Of a stretch of DNA of 64,000 bases, positions 12,311-26,700 are shown piece after piece; position 1 is the first letter of the stretch, and each line of letters begins with the position of its first letter. Location: the NCBI GenBank assembly GCA_964016885.1, contig OZ024741.1, forward strand, positions 408,394,001-408,458,000. Direction: 5' to 3'. The translations under genes were made by a program, and so were the position numbers. Source of the stretch: Eledone cirrhosa. Lineage: Eukaryota. Under the pieces are notes generated by a model that saw only the letters and a program-made list of their open reading frames with translations, had not been told where the DNA came from and made no database searches.

Positions 12311-13689
12311 AATTAAGGTGAGGCTAAGGCGCTGACACAACCAGGAACCCTCTGTCACACCTCAGTAAGGTGAGTCTAAGGTGCTGACACAACCAGGTAA
12401 TCTCATCTGACATATCAGGAAGGTGAGGCTAAGGTGCTGACACAAACAGGTAACCTCACCTGACACATCAGTAAGGTGAAGCTAAGAAGCTGACACAACT
12501 AGGTAACCTCACCTGACACCTTAGTAGGGTCAGGCGAAGGTGTTGACACAACCAGGTAACCTCATCTGACATTTAGTAGTGTGAGGCTAAGGTGCTGACA
12601 CAACCAGGTAACCTCACCTGACACCTTAGTAGGGTGAGGCTAATGTGCTGACACAACCAGGTAACCTCACCTGACACCTTAGTAGGGTGAGGCTAAGGTT
12701 CTGACATAACCAGGTAACATCACCTGACACCTTTGTAGGGTGAGGCTAAGGTGCTGACACAACCAGTTAACCTCACCTGACACCTCAGTAAGGTGAGGCT
12801 AAGGTGCTGACACAACCAGGTAACATAAACTGACACCTAAGTAAGGTGAGGCTAAGGTGCTGACACAACCAGGTAACCTCACCTGACACCTAAGTAAGGT
12901 GAGGCTAAGGTACTGACACAACCAGGTAACATCACCTGACACCTAAGTAAGGTGAGGCTAAGGTGCTGACACAAGCAGGTAACCTCACCTGACACCTCAG
13001 TAAAGTGAGGCTAAGGTGCGGACACAACCAGGTAACCTCACCTGACACCTCAGTAAGGTGAGGCTAAGGTGCTGACACAACCAGGTAACCTCACCTGACA
13101 CCTCAGTAGGGTGAGGCTATGGTACTGACACAACCAGGTAACATCACCTGACACCTAAGTAAGGTGAGGCTAAGGTGCTGACAGAACCAGGTAACCTCAC
13201 CTGACACCTCAGTAAGGTGAGGCTAAGGTGCTGACACAACCAGGTAACCTCACCTGACACCTTAGTAAAGTGAGGCTAAGGTGCTGACACAACCAGGTAA
13301 CCTCACCTGACACCTCAGTAAGGTGAGGCTAAGGTGCTGACACAACCAGGTAACCTCACCTGACACCTCAGTAGGGTGAGGCTATGGTACTGACACAACC
13401 AGGTAACATCACCTGACACCTAAGTAAGGTGAGGCTAAGGTACTGACACAACCAGGTAACCTCACCTGACACCTAAGTAAGGTGAGGCTAAGGTGCTGAC
13501 ACAACCAGGTAACCTCACCTGACATCTCAGTAAGGTGAGGCTAAGGTGCTGACACAACCAGGTAACCTCACCTGACATCTCAGTAAGGTGAGGCTAAGGT
13601 GCTGACACAACCAGGAACCCTCATGCCACACCTCAGTAAGGTGAGGCTAAGGTGCTGACACAACCAGGTAACCTCACCTGACACCTCAG

Positions 13690-16600
13690 CAAGGTGAGGC
13701 TAAGGTGCTGACACAACCAGGTAACCTCACCTGACACCTCAGTAAGGTGAGGCTAAGGTGCTGACAAAACCAGGTAACTTCACCTGACACCTCAGTAAGG
13801 TGAGCTAAGGTGCTGACACAACCAGGAAACCTCAACTGACACCTAAGTAAGGTGAGGCTAAGGTGCTGACAGAACCAGGTAACCTCACCTGACACCTTAG
13901 TAAGGTGAAGCTAAGGTGCTGACACAACCAGGTAACCTCACCTGACACCTCAGTAAAGTGAGGCTAAGGTGCTGACACAACCAGGTAACCTCACCTGACA
14001 ACTTAGTAGGGTGAGGCTAAGGTGCTGACACAACCAGATAACCTCACCTGACACCTCAGTAGGTGAAGCTAAGGTGCTGACACAACCAGGTAACCTCACC
14101 TGACACCTCAGTCAGGTGAGGCTAAGGTGCTGACACAAGCAGGTAACCTCACCTGACACCTCAGTAAGGTGAGGCTAAGGTGCTGACACAACCAGGTAAC
14201 CTCACCTGACACCTCAGTAAGGTGAGGCTAAGGTGCTGACACAACCAGGTAACCTCACCTGACACCTCAGTAAGGTGAGGCTAAGGTGCTGACACAATCA
14301 GGTAACCTCACCTGACACCTCAGTAGGGTGAGGCTAAGGTGTTGACACAACCAGGTAACCTCATCTGACATTTAGTAGGGTGAGGCTAAGGTGCTGACAC
14401 AACCAGGTAACCTCACCTGACACCTTAGTATAGTGAGGCTAAGGTGCTGACACAACCAGATAACATCACCTGACACCTCAGTAAGGTGAAGCTAAGGTGC
14501 GGACACAACCAGGTAACCTCACCTGACACCTCAGTAAAGTGAGGCTAAGGTGCTGACACAACCAGGTAACATCACCTGACACCTCAGTCAGGTGAGGCTA
14601 AGGTGCTGACACAAGCAGGTAACCTCACGTGACACCTCAGTAAGGTGAAGCTAAGGTGCTGACACAACCAGGTAACCTCACCTGTCACCTCTGTAAAGTG
14701 ATGCTAAGGTGCTGACACAACCAGGTAACCTCACCTGACACCTCAGTAGGGTGAGGCTAAGGTGCTGACACAACCAGGTAACCTCACCTGACACCTCAGT
14801 AAAGTGAGGCTAAGGTGCTGAGACAACCAGGTAACCTCACCTGACACCTCAGTAAGGTGAAGCTAAGGTGCTGACACAACCAGGTAACCTCACCTGACAC
14901 CTCAGTAAAGTGATGCTAAGGTGCTGACACAACCAGGTAACCTCACCTGACACCTCAGTCAGGTGAGGCTAAGGTGCTGACACAACCAGGTAACCTCACC
15001 TGACACCTCAGTAAGTTGAGGCTAAGGTGCTGACACAACCAGGTAACCTCACCTGACACCTCAGTAAGGTGAGGCTAGGGTGCTGACACAACCAGGTAAC
15101 CTCACCTGACACCTTAGTAAGGTGATGCTAAGGTGCTGACACAACCAGGTAACCTCACCTGACACCTCAGTAGGGTGAGGCTAAGGTACTGACACAACCA
15201 GGTAACATCACCTGACACCTCAGTAGGGTGAGGCTAACGTACTGACACAACCAGGTAACATCACCTGACACCTAAGTAAGGTGAGGCTAAGGTACTGACA
15301 CAACCAGGTAACCTCACCTGACACCTAAGTAAGGTGAGGCTAAGGTGCTGACACAACCAGGTAACCTCCCCTGACACCTTAGTAAGGTGAGGCTAAGGTG
15401 ACACAACCAGGTAACCTCACCTGACACCTCAGTAAGGTGAGGCTAAGGTGCTGACACAACCAGGTAACCGCACCTGACATCTCAGTAAGGTGAGGCTAAG
15501 GTGCTGACACAACCAGGAACCCTCTGTCACACCTCAGTAAGGTGAGGCTAAGGTGCTGACACAACCAGGTAATCTCATCTGACATATCAGTAAGGTGAGG
15601 CAAAGGTGCTGACACAATCAGGTAACCTCACCTGACACCTAATTAAGGTGAGGCTAAGGTGCTGATACAATCAGGTAACCTCACCTGACACCTAATTAAG
15701 GTGAGGCTAAGGTGCCGATACAACCAGGTAACCTCACCTGACACCTAATTAAGGTGAGGCTAAGGTGCTGACACAACCAGGTAATCTCATCTGACATATC
15801 AGGAAGGTGAGGCTAAGGTGCTGACACAACCAGGTAACCTCACCTGACACATCAGTAAGGTGAAGCTAAGAAGCTGACACAACTAGGTAACCTCACCTGA
15901 CACCTTAGTAAGGTTAGGCGAAGGTGTTGACACAACCAGGTAACCTCATCTGACATTTAGTAGGGTGAGGCTAAGGTGCTGACACAACCAGGTAACCTCA
16001 CCTGACACCTTAGTAGGGTAAGGCTAATGTGCTGACACAACCAGGTAACCTCACCTGACACCTTAGTAGGGTGAGGCTAAGGTTCTGACATAACCAGGTA
16101 ACATCACCTGACACCTTTGTAGGGTGAGGCTAAGGTGCTGACACAACCAGGTAACCTCACCTGACACCTCAGTAAGGTGAGGCTAAGGTGCTGACACAAC
16201 CAGGTAACATAAACTGACACCTAAGTAAGGTGAGGCTAAGGTGCTGACACAACCAGGTAACCTCACCTGACACCTAAGTAAGGTGAGGCTAAGTTACTGC
16301 CACAACCAGGTAACATCACCTGACACCTAAGTAAGGTGAGGCTAAGGTGCTGACACAAGCAGGTAACCTCACCTGACACCTCAGTAAGGTGAGGCTAAGG
16401 TACTGACACAACCAGGTATCATCACCTGACACTTAAGTAAGGTGAGGCTAAGGTGCTGACACAACCAGGTAACCTCACCTGACACCTCAGTAAGGTGAGG
16501 CTAAGGTGCTGACACAACCAGGTAACCTCACCTGACACCTCAGTAGGGTGAGGCTATGGTACTGACACAACCAGGTAACATCACCTGACACCTCAGAAAG

Positions 16601-18370
16601 GTGAGGCTAAGGTGCTGACACAACCAGGTAACCTCACCTGACACCTCAGTAAGGTGAGGCTAAGGTGCTGACAAAACCAGGTAACCTCACCTGACACCTC
16701 AGTAAGGTGAGCTAAGGTGCTGACACAACCAGGAAACCTCAACTGACACCTAAGTAAGGTGAGGCTAAGGTGCTGACAGAACCAGGTAACCTCACCTGAC
16801 ACCTTAGTAAGGTGAAGCTAAGGTGCTGACACAACCAGGTAACCTCACCTGACACCTCAGTAAAGTGAGGCTAAGGTGCTGACACAACCAGGTAACCTCA
16901 CCTGACAACTTAGTAGGGTGAGGCTAAGGTGCTGACACAACCAGATAACCTCACCTGACACCTCAGTAGGTGAAGCTAAGGTGCTGACACAACCAGGTAA
17001 CCTCATCTGACATTTAGTAGGGTGAGGCTAAGGTGCTGACACAAGCAGGTAACCTCACCTGACACCTCAGTAAGGTGAGGCTAAGGTGCTGACACAACCA
17101 GGTAACCTCACCTGACACCTCAGTAAGGTGAGGCTAAGGTGCTGACACAATCAGGTAACCTCACCTGCACCTCAGTAAGGTGAGGCTAAGGTGCTGACAC
17201 AATCAGGTAACCTCACCTGACACCTCAGTAGGGTGAGGCTAAGGTGTTGACACAACCAGGTAACCTCACCTGACACCTTAGTAGAGTGAGGCTAAGGTGC
17301 TGACACAACCAGATAACATCACCTGACACCTCAGTAAGGTGAAGCTAAGGTGCTGACACAACCAGGTAACCTCACCTGACACCTCAGTAAAGTGAGGCTA
17401 AGGTGCTGACACAACCAGGTAACCTCACCTGACACCTCAGTCAGGTGAGGCTAAGGTGCTGACACAAGCAGGTAACCTCACCTGACACCTCAGTAAGGTG
17501 AGGCTAAGGTGCTGACACAACCAGGTAACCTCACCTGTCACCTCAGTAAAGTGATGCTAAGGTGCTGACACAACCAGGTAACCTCACCTGACACCTCAAT
17601 AGGGTGAGGCTAAGGTGCTGACACAACCAGGTAACCTCACCTGACACCTCAGTAAAGTGAGGCTAAGGTGCTGACACAACCAGGTAACCTCACCTGACAC
17701 CTCAGTAAAGTGATGCTAAGGTGCTGACACAACCAGGTAACCTCACCTGACACCTCAGTCAGGTGAGGCTAAGGTGCTGACACAACCAGGTAACCTCACC
17801 TGACACCTCAGTAAGTTGAGGCTAAGGTGCTGACACAACCAGGTAACCTCACCTGACACCTCAGTAAGGTGAGGCTAGGGTGCTGACACAACCAGGTAAC
17901 CTCACCTGACACCTCAGTAGGGTGAGGCTAAGGTACTGACACAACCAGGTAACATCACCTGACACCTCAGTAGGGTGAGGGTTAGGTACTGACACAACCA
18001 GGTAACATCACCTGACACCTAAGTAAGGTGAGGCTAAGGTACTGACACAACCAGGTAACCTCACCTGACACCTAAGTAAGGTGAGGCTAAGGTGCTGACA
18101 CAACCAGGTAACCTCCCCTGACACCTTAATAAGGTGAGGCTAAGGTGACACAACCAGGTAATCTCACCTGACACCTCAGTAAGGTGAGGCTAAGGTGCTG
18201 ACACAACCAGGTAACCGCACCTGACATCTCAGTAAGGTGAGGCTAAGGTGCTGACACAACCAGGAACCCTCTGTCACACCTCAGTAAGGTGAGGCTAAGG
18301 TGCTGACACAACCAGGTAATCTCATCTGACATATCAGTAAGGTGAGGCTAAGGTGCTGACACAATCAGGT
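13690..18370. repeat. Further, more rearranged copies of the first-domain HOR (offset 2,907 falling to about 2,747 bp)
   Basis: 1-bp deletions aaggtgagctaagg (about 13797/16704) and cagtaggtgaagc (about 14057/16964); ORF pair 13686/16593; acctcccctg at about 15364/18111. Confidence 0.8.
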
Positions 18371-18824
18371 AACCTCACCTGACACCTTACTAGGGTGAGG
18401 CTCAGGTGATGACACAACCAGGTAACCTCACTTGACACCTTAGTAGGGTGAGGCTAAGGTGCTGAAACAACCAGGTAACCTCACCTGACACCTCAGTAAG
18501 GTGACGCTAATGTGCTGAGACAACCAGGCACCCTCACGTGACACCTCAGTAGTGTGAGGCTAAGATGCTGACACAACCAGGTAACCTCAACTGACACCTC
18601 AGTAAGGTGAGGCTAAGGTGTTGACACAACCAGGTAACCTCACTTGACACCTTAGTAGGGTGAGGCTAAGGTGCTGAAACAACCAGGTAACCTCACCTGA
18701 CACCTCAGTAAGGTGACGCTAATGTGCTGAGACAACCAGGCACCCTCACCTGACACCTCAGTAGTGTGAGGCTAAGGTGCTGACACAACCAGGTAACCTC
18801 AACTGACACCTCAGTAAGGTGAGG

Positions 18825-20740
18825 CTAAGGCGCTGACACAACCAGGTAACATCATCTGACACCTCAGTAAGGTGAGGCTAAGGTGCTGAGACAACCAGGT
18901 AACCTCACCTGACACATCAGTAGGGTGAGGCTAATGTGCTGACACAACCAGGTAACCTAACCTGACACCTCAGTAAGGTAAGGCTAAGATCACACAACCA
19001 GGTAACCTCACCTGACACCTCAATAAGGTGAGGCTAAGCTGCTGACACAACCAGGTAACCTCACCTGACACCTTAATAAAGTGAGGCTAAGGTGCTGACA
19101 CAACCAGGTAACCTAACCTGACACCTCAGTAAGGTGAGGCTAAGGTGCTGACACAACCAGGTAACCTCATCTGACACCTCATTGAGGTGAGGCTAAGGTG
19201 CTGACACAACCAGGTAACCTCATATGACACCTCAGTACGGTGATTCTAAGGTGCTGAAACAACCAGGTCACCTCACCTGACACCTTAGTAAGGTGAGGCC
19301 AAGGTGCTGACACAACCAGGTAACCTCACCTGACACCCCAGTAAGGCGAGGCTAAGGTGCTGACACAACCAGGTAACCTCATCTGACACCTTAGTAAAGT
19401 GAGGCTAAGCTGCTGACACAACCAGGTAACCTCACCTGACACCTCAGAAAGGTGAGGCTAAGGTGCTGACACAACCAGGTAACCTCACATGACACCTTAG
19501 TAGGTTGAGTCTAAGGTGCTGACACAACCAGGTAACCTCACCTGACATCTTAGTAGGGTGAGGCTAAGATGCTGACACAACCAGGTAACCTAAACTGACA
19601 CCTCAGTAAAGTGAGGCTAAGGTGCTGACACAACCAGGTATCCTCACCTGACACCTCAGTAAGGTGAGGCTAAGGTGCTTACACAACCAGGTAACCTCAC
19701 CTGAGACCTCAGTAGGGTGAGGCTAAGGTGCTGCCACAACCAGTTAACCTCATCTGACATTTAGTAGGGTGAGGCTAAGGTGCTGACAGAACCAGGTAAC
19801 CTCACCTGACACTTCAGTAAGGTGAGGCTAAGGTGCTGACACAACCAGGTAACCTCACCTGACACCTAAGTAAGGTGAGGCTAAGGTGCTGACACAACCA
19901 GGTAACCTCACCTGACACGTCAGTAAGGTGAGGCTAAGGTGCTGACACAACCAGGTAATCTCACCTGACACCTTAGTAGGATGAGGCTAAGGTGCTGACA
20001 CAACCAGGTAACCTCACCTGACACCTCAGTAAGGTGAGGCTAAGGTGCTGATACAACCAGGTAACCTCACCTGACACATCAGTAAGGTGAAGCTAAGATG
20101 CTGACACAACCAGGTAACCTCACCTGACACCTTAGTAGGGTTACGCTAAGGTGCTGACACAACCAGGTAACCTCACCTGACACATCAGTAAGGTGAAGCT
20201 AAGATGCTGACACAACCAGGTAACCTCACCTGACACCTTAGTAGGGTGAGGCTAAGTTACTGACACAACCAGGTAACCTCACCTGACACCTTACTAGGGT
20301 GAGGCTCAGGTGATGACACAACCAGGTAACCTCACTTGACACCTTAGTAGGGTGAGGCTAAGGTGCTGAAACAACCAGGTAACCTCACCTGACACCTCAG
20401 TAAGGTGACGCTAATGTGCTGAGACAACCAGGCACCCTCACCTGACACCTCAGTAGTGTGAGGCTAAGGTGCTGACACAACCAGGTAACCTCAACTGACA
20501 CCTCAGTAAGGTGAGGCTAAGGTGTTGACACAACCAGGTAACCTCACTTGACACCTTAGTAGGGTGAGGCTAAGGTGCTGAAACAACCAGGTAACCTCAC
20601 CTGACACCTCAGTAAGGTGACGCTAATGTGCTGAGACAACCAGGCACCCTCACCTGACACCTCAGTAGTGTGAGGCTAAGGTGCTGACACAACCAGGTAA
20701 CCTCAACTGACACCTCAGTAAGGTGAGGCTAAGGTGCTGA
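18825..20740. repeat. Block of about 1.9 kb duplicated non-adjacently at about 27,190-29,150
   Basis: Rare variant aagatcacacaacc at 18986 and 27349 (offset 8363), followed by cattgagg, gtacggtgattct, gaggccaagg, ttactaggg in the same order (offset 8416 after one extra monomer). Confidence 0.88.
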
Positions 20741-23700
20741 CACAAGCAGGTAACCTCACCTAACACCTCAGTAAGGTGAGGCTAAGGTGCTGACACAACC
20801 AGGTAACCTCACCTGACACCTTAGTAGGTTGAGGCTAATGTGATGACACATCTAGGTAACCTCACCTGACATCTTAGTAGGGTGAGGCTAAGGTGCTGAC
20901 ACAACCAGTTAACATCATCTGACATTTAGTAGGGTGAGGCTAAGGTGCTGACAGAACCAGGTAACCTCACCTGACACATCACTAAGGTGAGGCTAAGGTG
21001 CTTACACAACCAGGTAACCTCATCTGACACCTCAGTAAGGTGAGGCTAGGGTGTTGACACAACCAGGTAACCTCACCTGACCCCTCAGTAAAGTGAGGCT
21101 AAGCTGCTGACACAAGCAGCTAACCTTAGCTGACACGTCAGTAAGGTGAGGCTAAGGTGCTGACACAACCAGGTATCCTGACCTGACACCTTATCAGGTT
21201 GAGGCTAAGGTGCTGACACAACCAGGTAATCTCACCTGACACCTCAGTAAGGTGAGGCTAAGGTGCTGACACAACCAGGTAACTTTACCTGACACCTCAG
21301 TATGGTGAGGCTAAGGTGCTGACACAAGTAGGTAACCTCACCTGACACGTCAGTAAGGTGAGGCTAAGGTGCTGACACAACCAGGTAACCTCACATGACA
21401 CCTTAGTAGGTTGAGGCTAAGGTGCTGACACAACCAGGTGACCTCACCTGACATCTTAGTAGGGTGAGGCTAAGGTGCTGACACAACCAGGTGACCTCAC
21501 CTGACACCTCAGTAAAGTGAGGCTAAGGTGCTGATACAACCAGGTAACCTCACCTGACACATCAGTAAGGTGAAGCTAAGATGCTGACACAACCAGGTAA
21601 CCTCACCTGACACCTCAGTAGGGTTAGGCTAAGGTGCTGACACAACCAGGTGACCTCACCTGACACCTCAGTAAAGTGAGTCTAAGGTGCTGACACAACC
21701 AGGTAACCTCACCTGACACATCAGTAAGGTGAAGCTAAGATGCTGACACAACCAGGTAACCTCACCTGACACCTTAGTAGGGTTAGGCTAAGGTGCTGAC
21801 ACAACCAGGTAACATCACCTGACACCTCAGTAAGGTGAAGCTAAGATGCTGACACAACCAGGTAACCTCACCTAACACCTCAGTAGGGTGAGGCTAAGGT
21901 GCTGACACAACCAGTTAACCTCATCTGACATTTAGTAGGGTGAGGCTAAGGTGCTGACAGAACCAGGTAACCTCACCTGACACATCAGTAAGGTGAGGCT
22001 AAGGTGCTTATAACAACCAGGTAACCTCATCTGACACCTCAGTAAGGTGAGGCTAAGGTGTTGACACAACCAGGTAACCTCACCTGACCCCTCAGTAAAG
22101 TGAGGCTAAGGTGCTGACACAAGCAGCTAACCTTAGCTGACACGTCAGTAAGGTGAGGCTAAGGTGCTGACACAACCAGGTATCCTGACCTGACACCTTA
22201 TCAGGTTGAGGCTAAGGTGCTGACACAAACAGGTAATCTCACCTGACACCTTACTAGGGTGAGGCTCAGGTGATGACACAACCAGGTAACCTCACTTGAC
22301 ACCTTAGTAGGGTGAGGCTAAGGTGCTGAAACAACCAGGTAACCTCACCTGACACCTCAGTAAGGTGACGCTAATGTGCTGAGACAACCAGGCACCCTCA
22401 CCTGACACCTCAGTAGTGTGAGGCTAAGATGCTGACACAACCAGGTAACCTCAACTGACACCTCAGTAAGGTGAGGCTAAGGTGTTGACACAACCAGGTA
22501 ACCTCACTTGACACCTTAGTAGGGTGAGGCTAAGGTGCTGAAACAACCAGGTAACCTCACCTGACACCTCAGTAAGGTGACGCTAATGTGCTGAGACAAC
22601 CAGGCACCCTCACCTGACACCTCAGTAGTGTGAGGCTAAGGTGCTGACACAACCAGTTAACCTCATCTGACATTTAGTAGGGTGAGGCTAAGGTGCTGAC
22701 AGAACCAGGTAACCTCACCTGACACATCAGTAAGGTGAGGCTAAGGTGCTTATAACAACCAGGTAACCTCATCTGACACCTCAGTAAGGTGAGGCTAAGG
22801 TGCTGACACAACCAGGTAACTTTACCTGACACCTCAGTAAGGTGAGGCTAAGGTGCTGACACAAGTAGGTAACCTCACCTGACACGTCAGTAAGGTGATG
22901 CTAAGGTGCTGACACAACCAGGTAACCTCGCCTGACACCTCAGTAGGGTGAGGCTAAGGTACTGACACAACCAGGTAACATCACCTGACACCTAAGTACG
23001 GTGTGGCTAAGGTGCTGACACAATCAGGTAACCTCACCTGACACCTCAGTAGTGTGAGGCTAAGGTACTGACACAACCAGGTAACATCACCTGACACCTA
23101 AGTAAGGTGAGGCTAAGGTGCTGACACAACCAGGTAACCTCACCTGACACCTCAGTAGGGTGAGGCTAAGGTACTGACACAACCAGGTAACATCACCTGA
23201 CACCTAAGTAAGGTGAGGCTAAGGTGCTGACACAACCAGGTAACCTGACCTGACACCTAAGTAAGGTGAGGCTAAGGTGCTGACACAACCAGGTAACCTC
23301 ACCTGACACCTAAGTAAGGTGAGGCTAAGGTGCTGACACAACCAGGTAACCTCACCTGACACTTTAGTTAGGTGAGGCTAAGGTGACACAACCAGGTAAC
23401 CTCACCTGACACCTCAGTAAGGTGAGGCTATGTTGCTGACACAACCAGGTAACCTCATCTGACATATCAGTAAGGTGAGGCTAAGGTGCTGACACAACCA
23501 GGTAACCTCACCTGACACCTCAGTAAGGTGAGGCTAAGGTGCTGACACAATCAGGTAACCTCACCTGACACCTAAGTAAGGTGAGGCTAAGGTGCTGATA
23601 CAACCAGGTAACCTCACCTGACACATCAGTAAGGTGAAGCTAAGATGCTGACACAACCAGGTAAAATCACCTGACACCTAAGCAAAGTGAGGCTAAGGTG

Positions 23701-26700
23701 CTGACACAACCAGATAACCTCACCTGACACCTTAGTAAAGTGAGGTTAAGGTGCTGACACAACCAGGTAACCTCACTTGACACCTCAGTAAGGTGAGGCT
23801 AAAATGCTGAGACAACCAGGCACCCTCACCTGACACCTCAGTAGGGTGAGGCTAAGGTGCTGACACAACCAGGTAACCTCACCTGACACCTCAGTAAGGT
23901 GAGGCTAAGGTGCTGACACAACCAGGTAACCTCACCTGACACCTCAGTAGGGTGAGGCTAAGGTACTGACACAACCAGGTAACATCACCTGACACCTAAG
24001 TAAGGTGAGGCTAAGGTGCTGACACAAGCAGGTAACCTCACCTGACACCTCAGTAGGGTGAGGCTAAGGTACTGACACAACCAGGTAACATCACCTGACA
24101 CTTAAGTAAGGTGAGGCTAAGGTGCTGACACAACCAGGAAACCTCACCTAACACCTAAGTAAGGTGAGGCTAAGGTGCTGACAGAACCAGGTAACCTCAC
24201 CTGACACCTCAGTAAGGTGAGGCTAAGGTGCTGACACAACCAGGTAACCTCACCTGACACCTCAGTAAGGTGAGGCTAAGGTGCTGACACAACCAGGTAA
24301 CCTCACCTGACACCTCAGTAAGGTGAGGCTAAGGTGCTGACACAACCAGGTAACCTCACCTGACACGTCAGTAGGGTGAGGCTATGGTACTGACACAACC
24401 AGGTAACATTACCTGACACCTAAGTAAGGTGAGGCTAAGGTACTGACACAACCATGTAACCTCACCTGACACCTAAGTAAGGTGAGGCTAAGGTGCTGAC
24501 ACAACCAGGTAACCTCACCTGACACCTCAGTAAGGTGAGGCTAAGGTGCTGACACAACCAGGTAACCTCACCTGACATCTCAGTAAGGTGAGGCTAAGGT
24601 GCTGACACAACCAGGTAAACTCACCTGACACCTCAGTAAGGTGAGGCTAATGTGCTGACACAACCAGGAAACCTCAACTGACACCTAAGTAAGGTGAGGC
24701 TAAGGTGCTGACAGAACCAGGTAACCTCACCTGACACCTTAGTAAGGTGAAGCTAAGGTGCTGACACAACCAGGTAACCTCACCTGACACCTCAGTAAGG
24801 TGAGGCTAAGGTGCTGACACAACCAGGTAACCTCACCTGACACCTCAGTAAGGTGAGGCTAAGGTGCTGACACAATCAGGTAACCTCACCTGACACCTAA
24901 TTAAGGTAAGGCTAAGGTGCTGATACAACCAGGTAACCTCACCTGACACATCAGTAACGTGAAGCTAAGATGCTGACACAACCAGGTAAGCTCACCTGAC
25001 ACCTTAGTAGGGTTAGGCTAAGGTGTTGACACAACCAGGTAACCTCATCTGACATTTAGTAGGGTGAGGCTAAGGTGCTGACACAACCAGGTAACCTCAC
25101 CTGACACCTTAGTAGGGTGAGGCTAAGGTGCTGACACAACCAGGTAACCTCAGCTGACACCTCAGTAAGGTGAAGCTAAGGTGCTGACACAACCAGGTAA
25201 CCTCACCTGACACCTCAGTAAAGTGAGGCTAAGGTGCTGACACAACCAGGTAACATAAACTGACACCTAAGTAAGGTGAGGCTAAGGTGCTGACACAACC
25301 AGGTAACCTCACCTGACACCTAAGTAAGGTGAGGCTAAGGTACTGACACAACCAGGTAACATCACCTGACACCTAAGTAAGGTGAGGCTAAGGTGCTGAC
25401 ACAAGCAGGCAACCTCACCTGACACCTCAGTAAGGTGAGGCTAAGGTACTGACACAACCAGGTAACATCACCTGACACTTAAGTAAGGTGAGGCTAAGGT
25501 GCTGACACAACCAGGTAACCTCACCTAACACCTCAGTAAAGTGAGGCTAAGCTGCTGACACAACCAGGTAACCTCACCTGACACCTCAGTAAGGTGAGGC
25601 TAAGGTGCTGACACAACCAGGTAACCTCACCTGACACCTCAGTAGGGTGAGGCTATGGTACTGACACAACCAGGTAACATCACCTGACACCTAAGTAAGG
25701 TGAGGCTAAGGTGCTGACAGAACCAGGTAACCTCACCTGACACCTCAGTAAGGTGAGGCTAAGGTGCTGACACAACCAGGTAACCTCACCTGACACCTCA
25801 GTAAAGTGAGGCTAAGGTGCTGACACAACCAGGTAACCTCACCTGACACCTCAGTAAGGTGAGGCTAAGGTGCTGACACAACCAGGTAACCTCACCTGAC
25901 ACCTCAGTAGGGTGAGTCTATGGTACTGACACAACCAGGTAACCTCACCTGTCACCTCAGTAGGGTGAGGCTAAGGTACTGACACAACCAGGTAACATCA
26001 CTTGACACCTAGGTAAGGTGAGGCTAAGGTGCTGACACAACCAGGTAACCTCACCTGTCACCTCAGTAAGGTGAATCTAAAATGCTGACACAACCAGGCA
26101 ACCTCACCTGACACCTCAGTAGGGTGAGGCTAAGGTGCTGACACAACCAGGTAACCTCACCTGACACCTCAGTAAGGTGAATCTAAGGTGCTGACACAAC
26201 CAGGTAACCTCACCTGACACCTCAGTAAGGTGTGGCTAAGGTGCTGACACAACCAGGTAACCTCACCTGACACCTCAGTAAGGTGGGGCTAAGGTGCCTA
26301 CACAACCAGGTAACCTGACCTGACACCTCAGTAAGGTGAGGCTAAGGTGCTGACACAACCAGGTAACCTCACCTGACACATCAGTAAGGTGAGGCTAAGG
26401 TGCTGACACAACCAGGTAACCTCACCTGACATCTTAGTAGGGTGAGGCTAAGGTGCTGACACAACCAGGTAACCTCATCTGACACCTCAGTAAGGTGAGG
26501 CTAAGGTGCTGACACAACCAGGTAACCTCACCTGACACCTTAGTAAGTTGAGGCAAAAGTGCTGACACAACCAGGTAACATCATCTGACACCTCAGTAAG
26601 GTGAGGCTAAGGTGCTGAGACAACCAGGCACCCTCACCTGACACCTAAGTAGGGTGAGGCTAAGGTGCTGACCCAACCAGGTAACCTCACCTAACACCTC

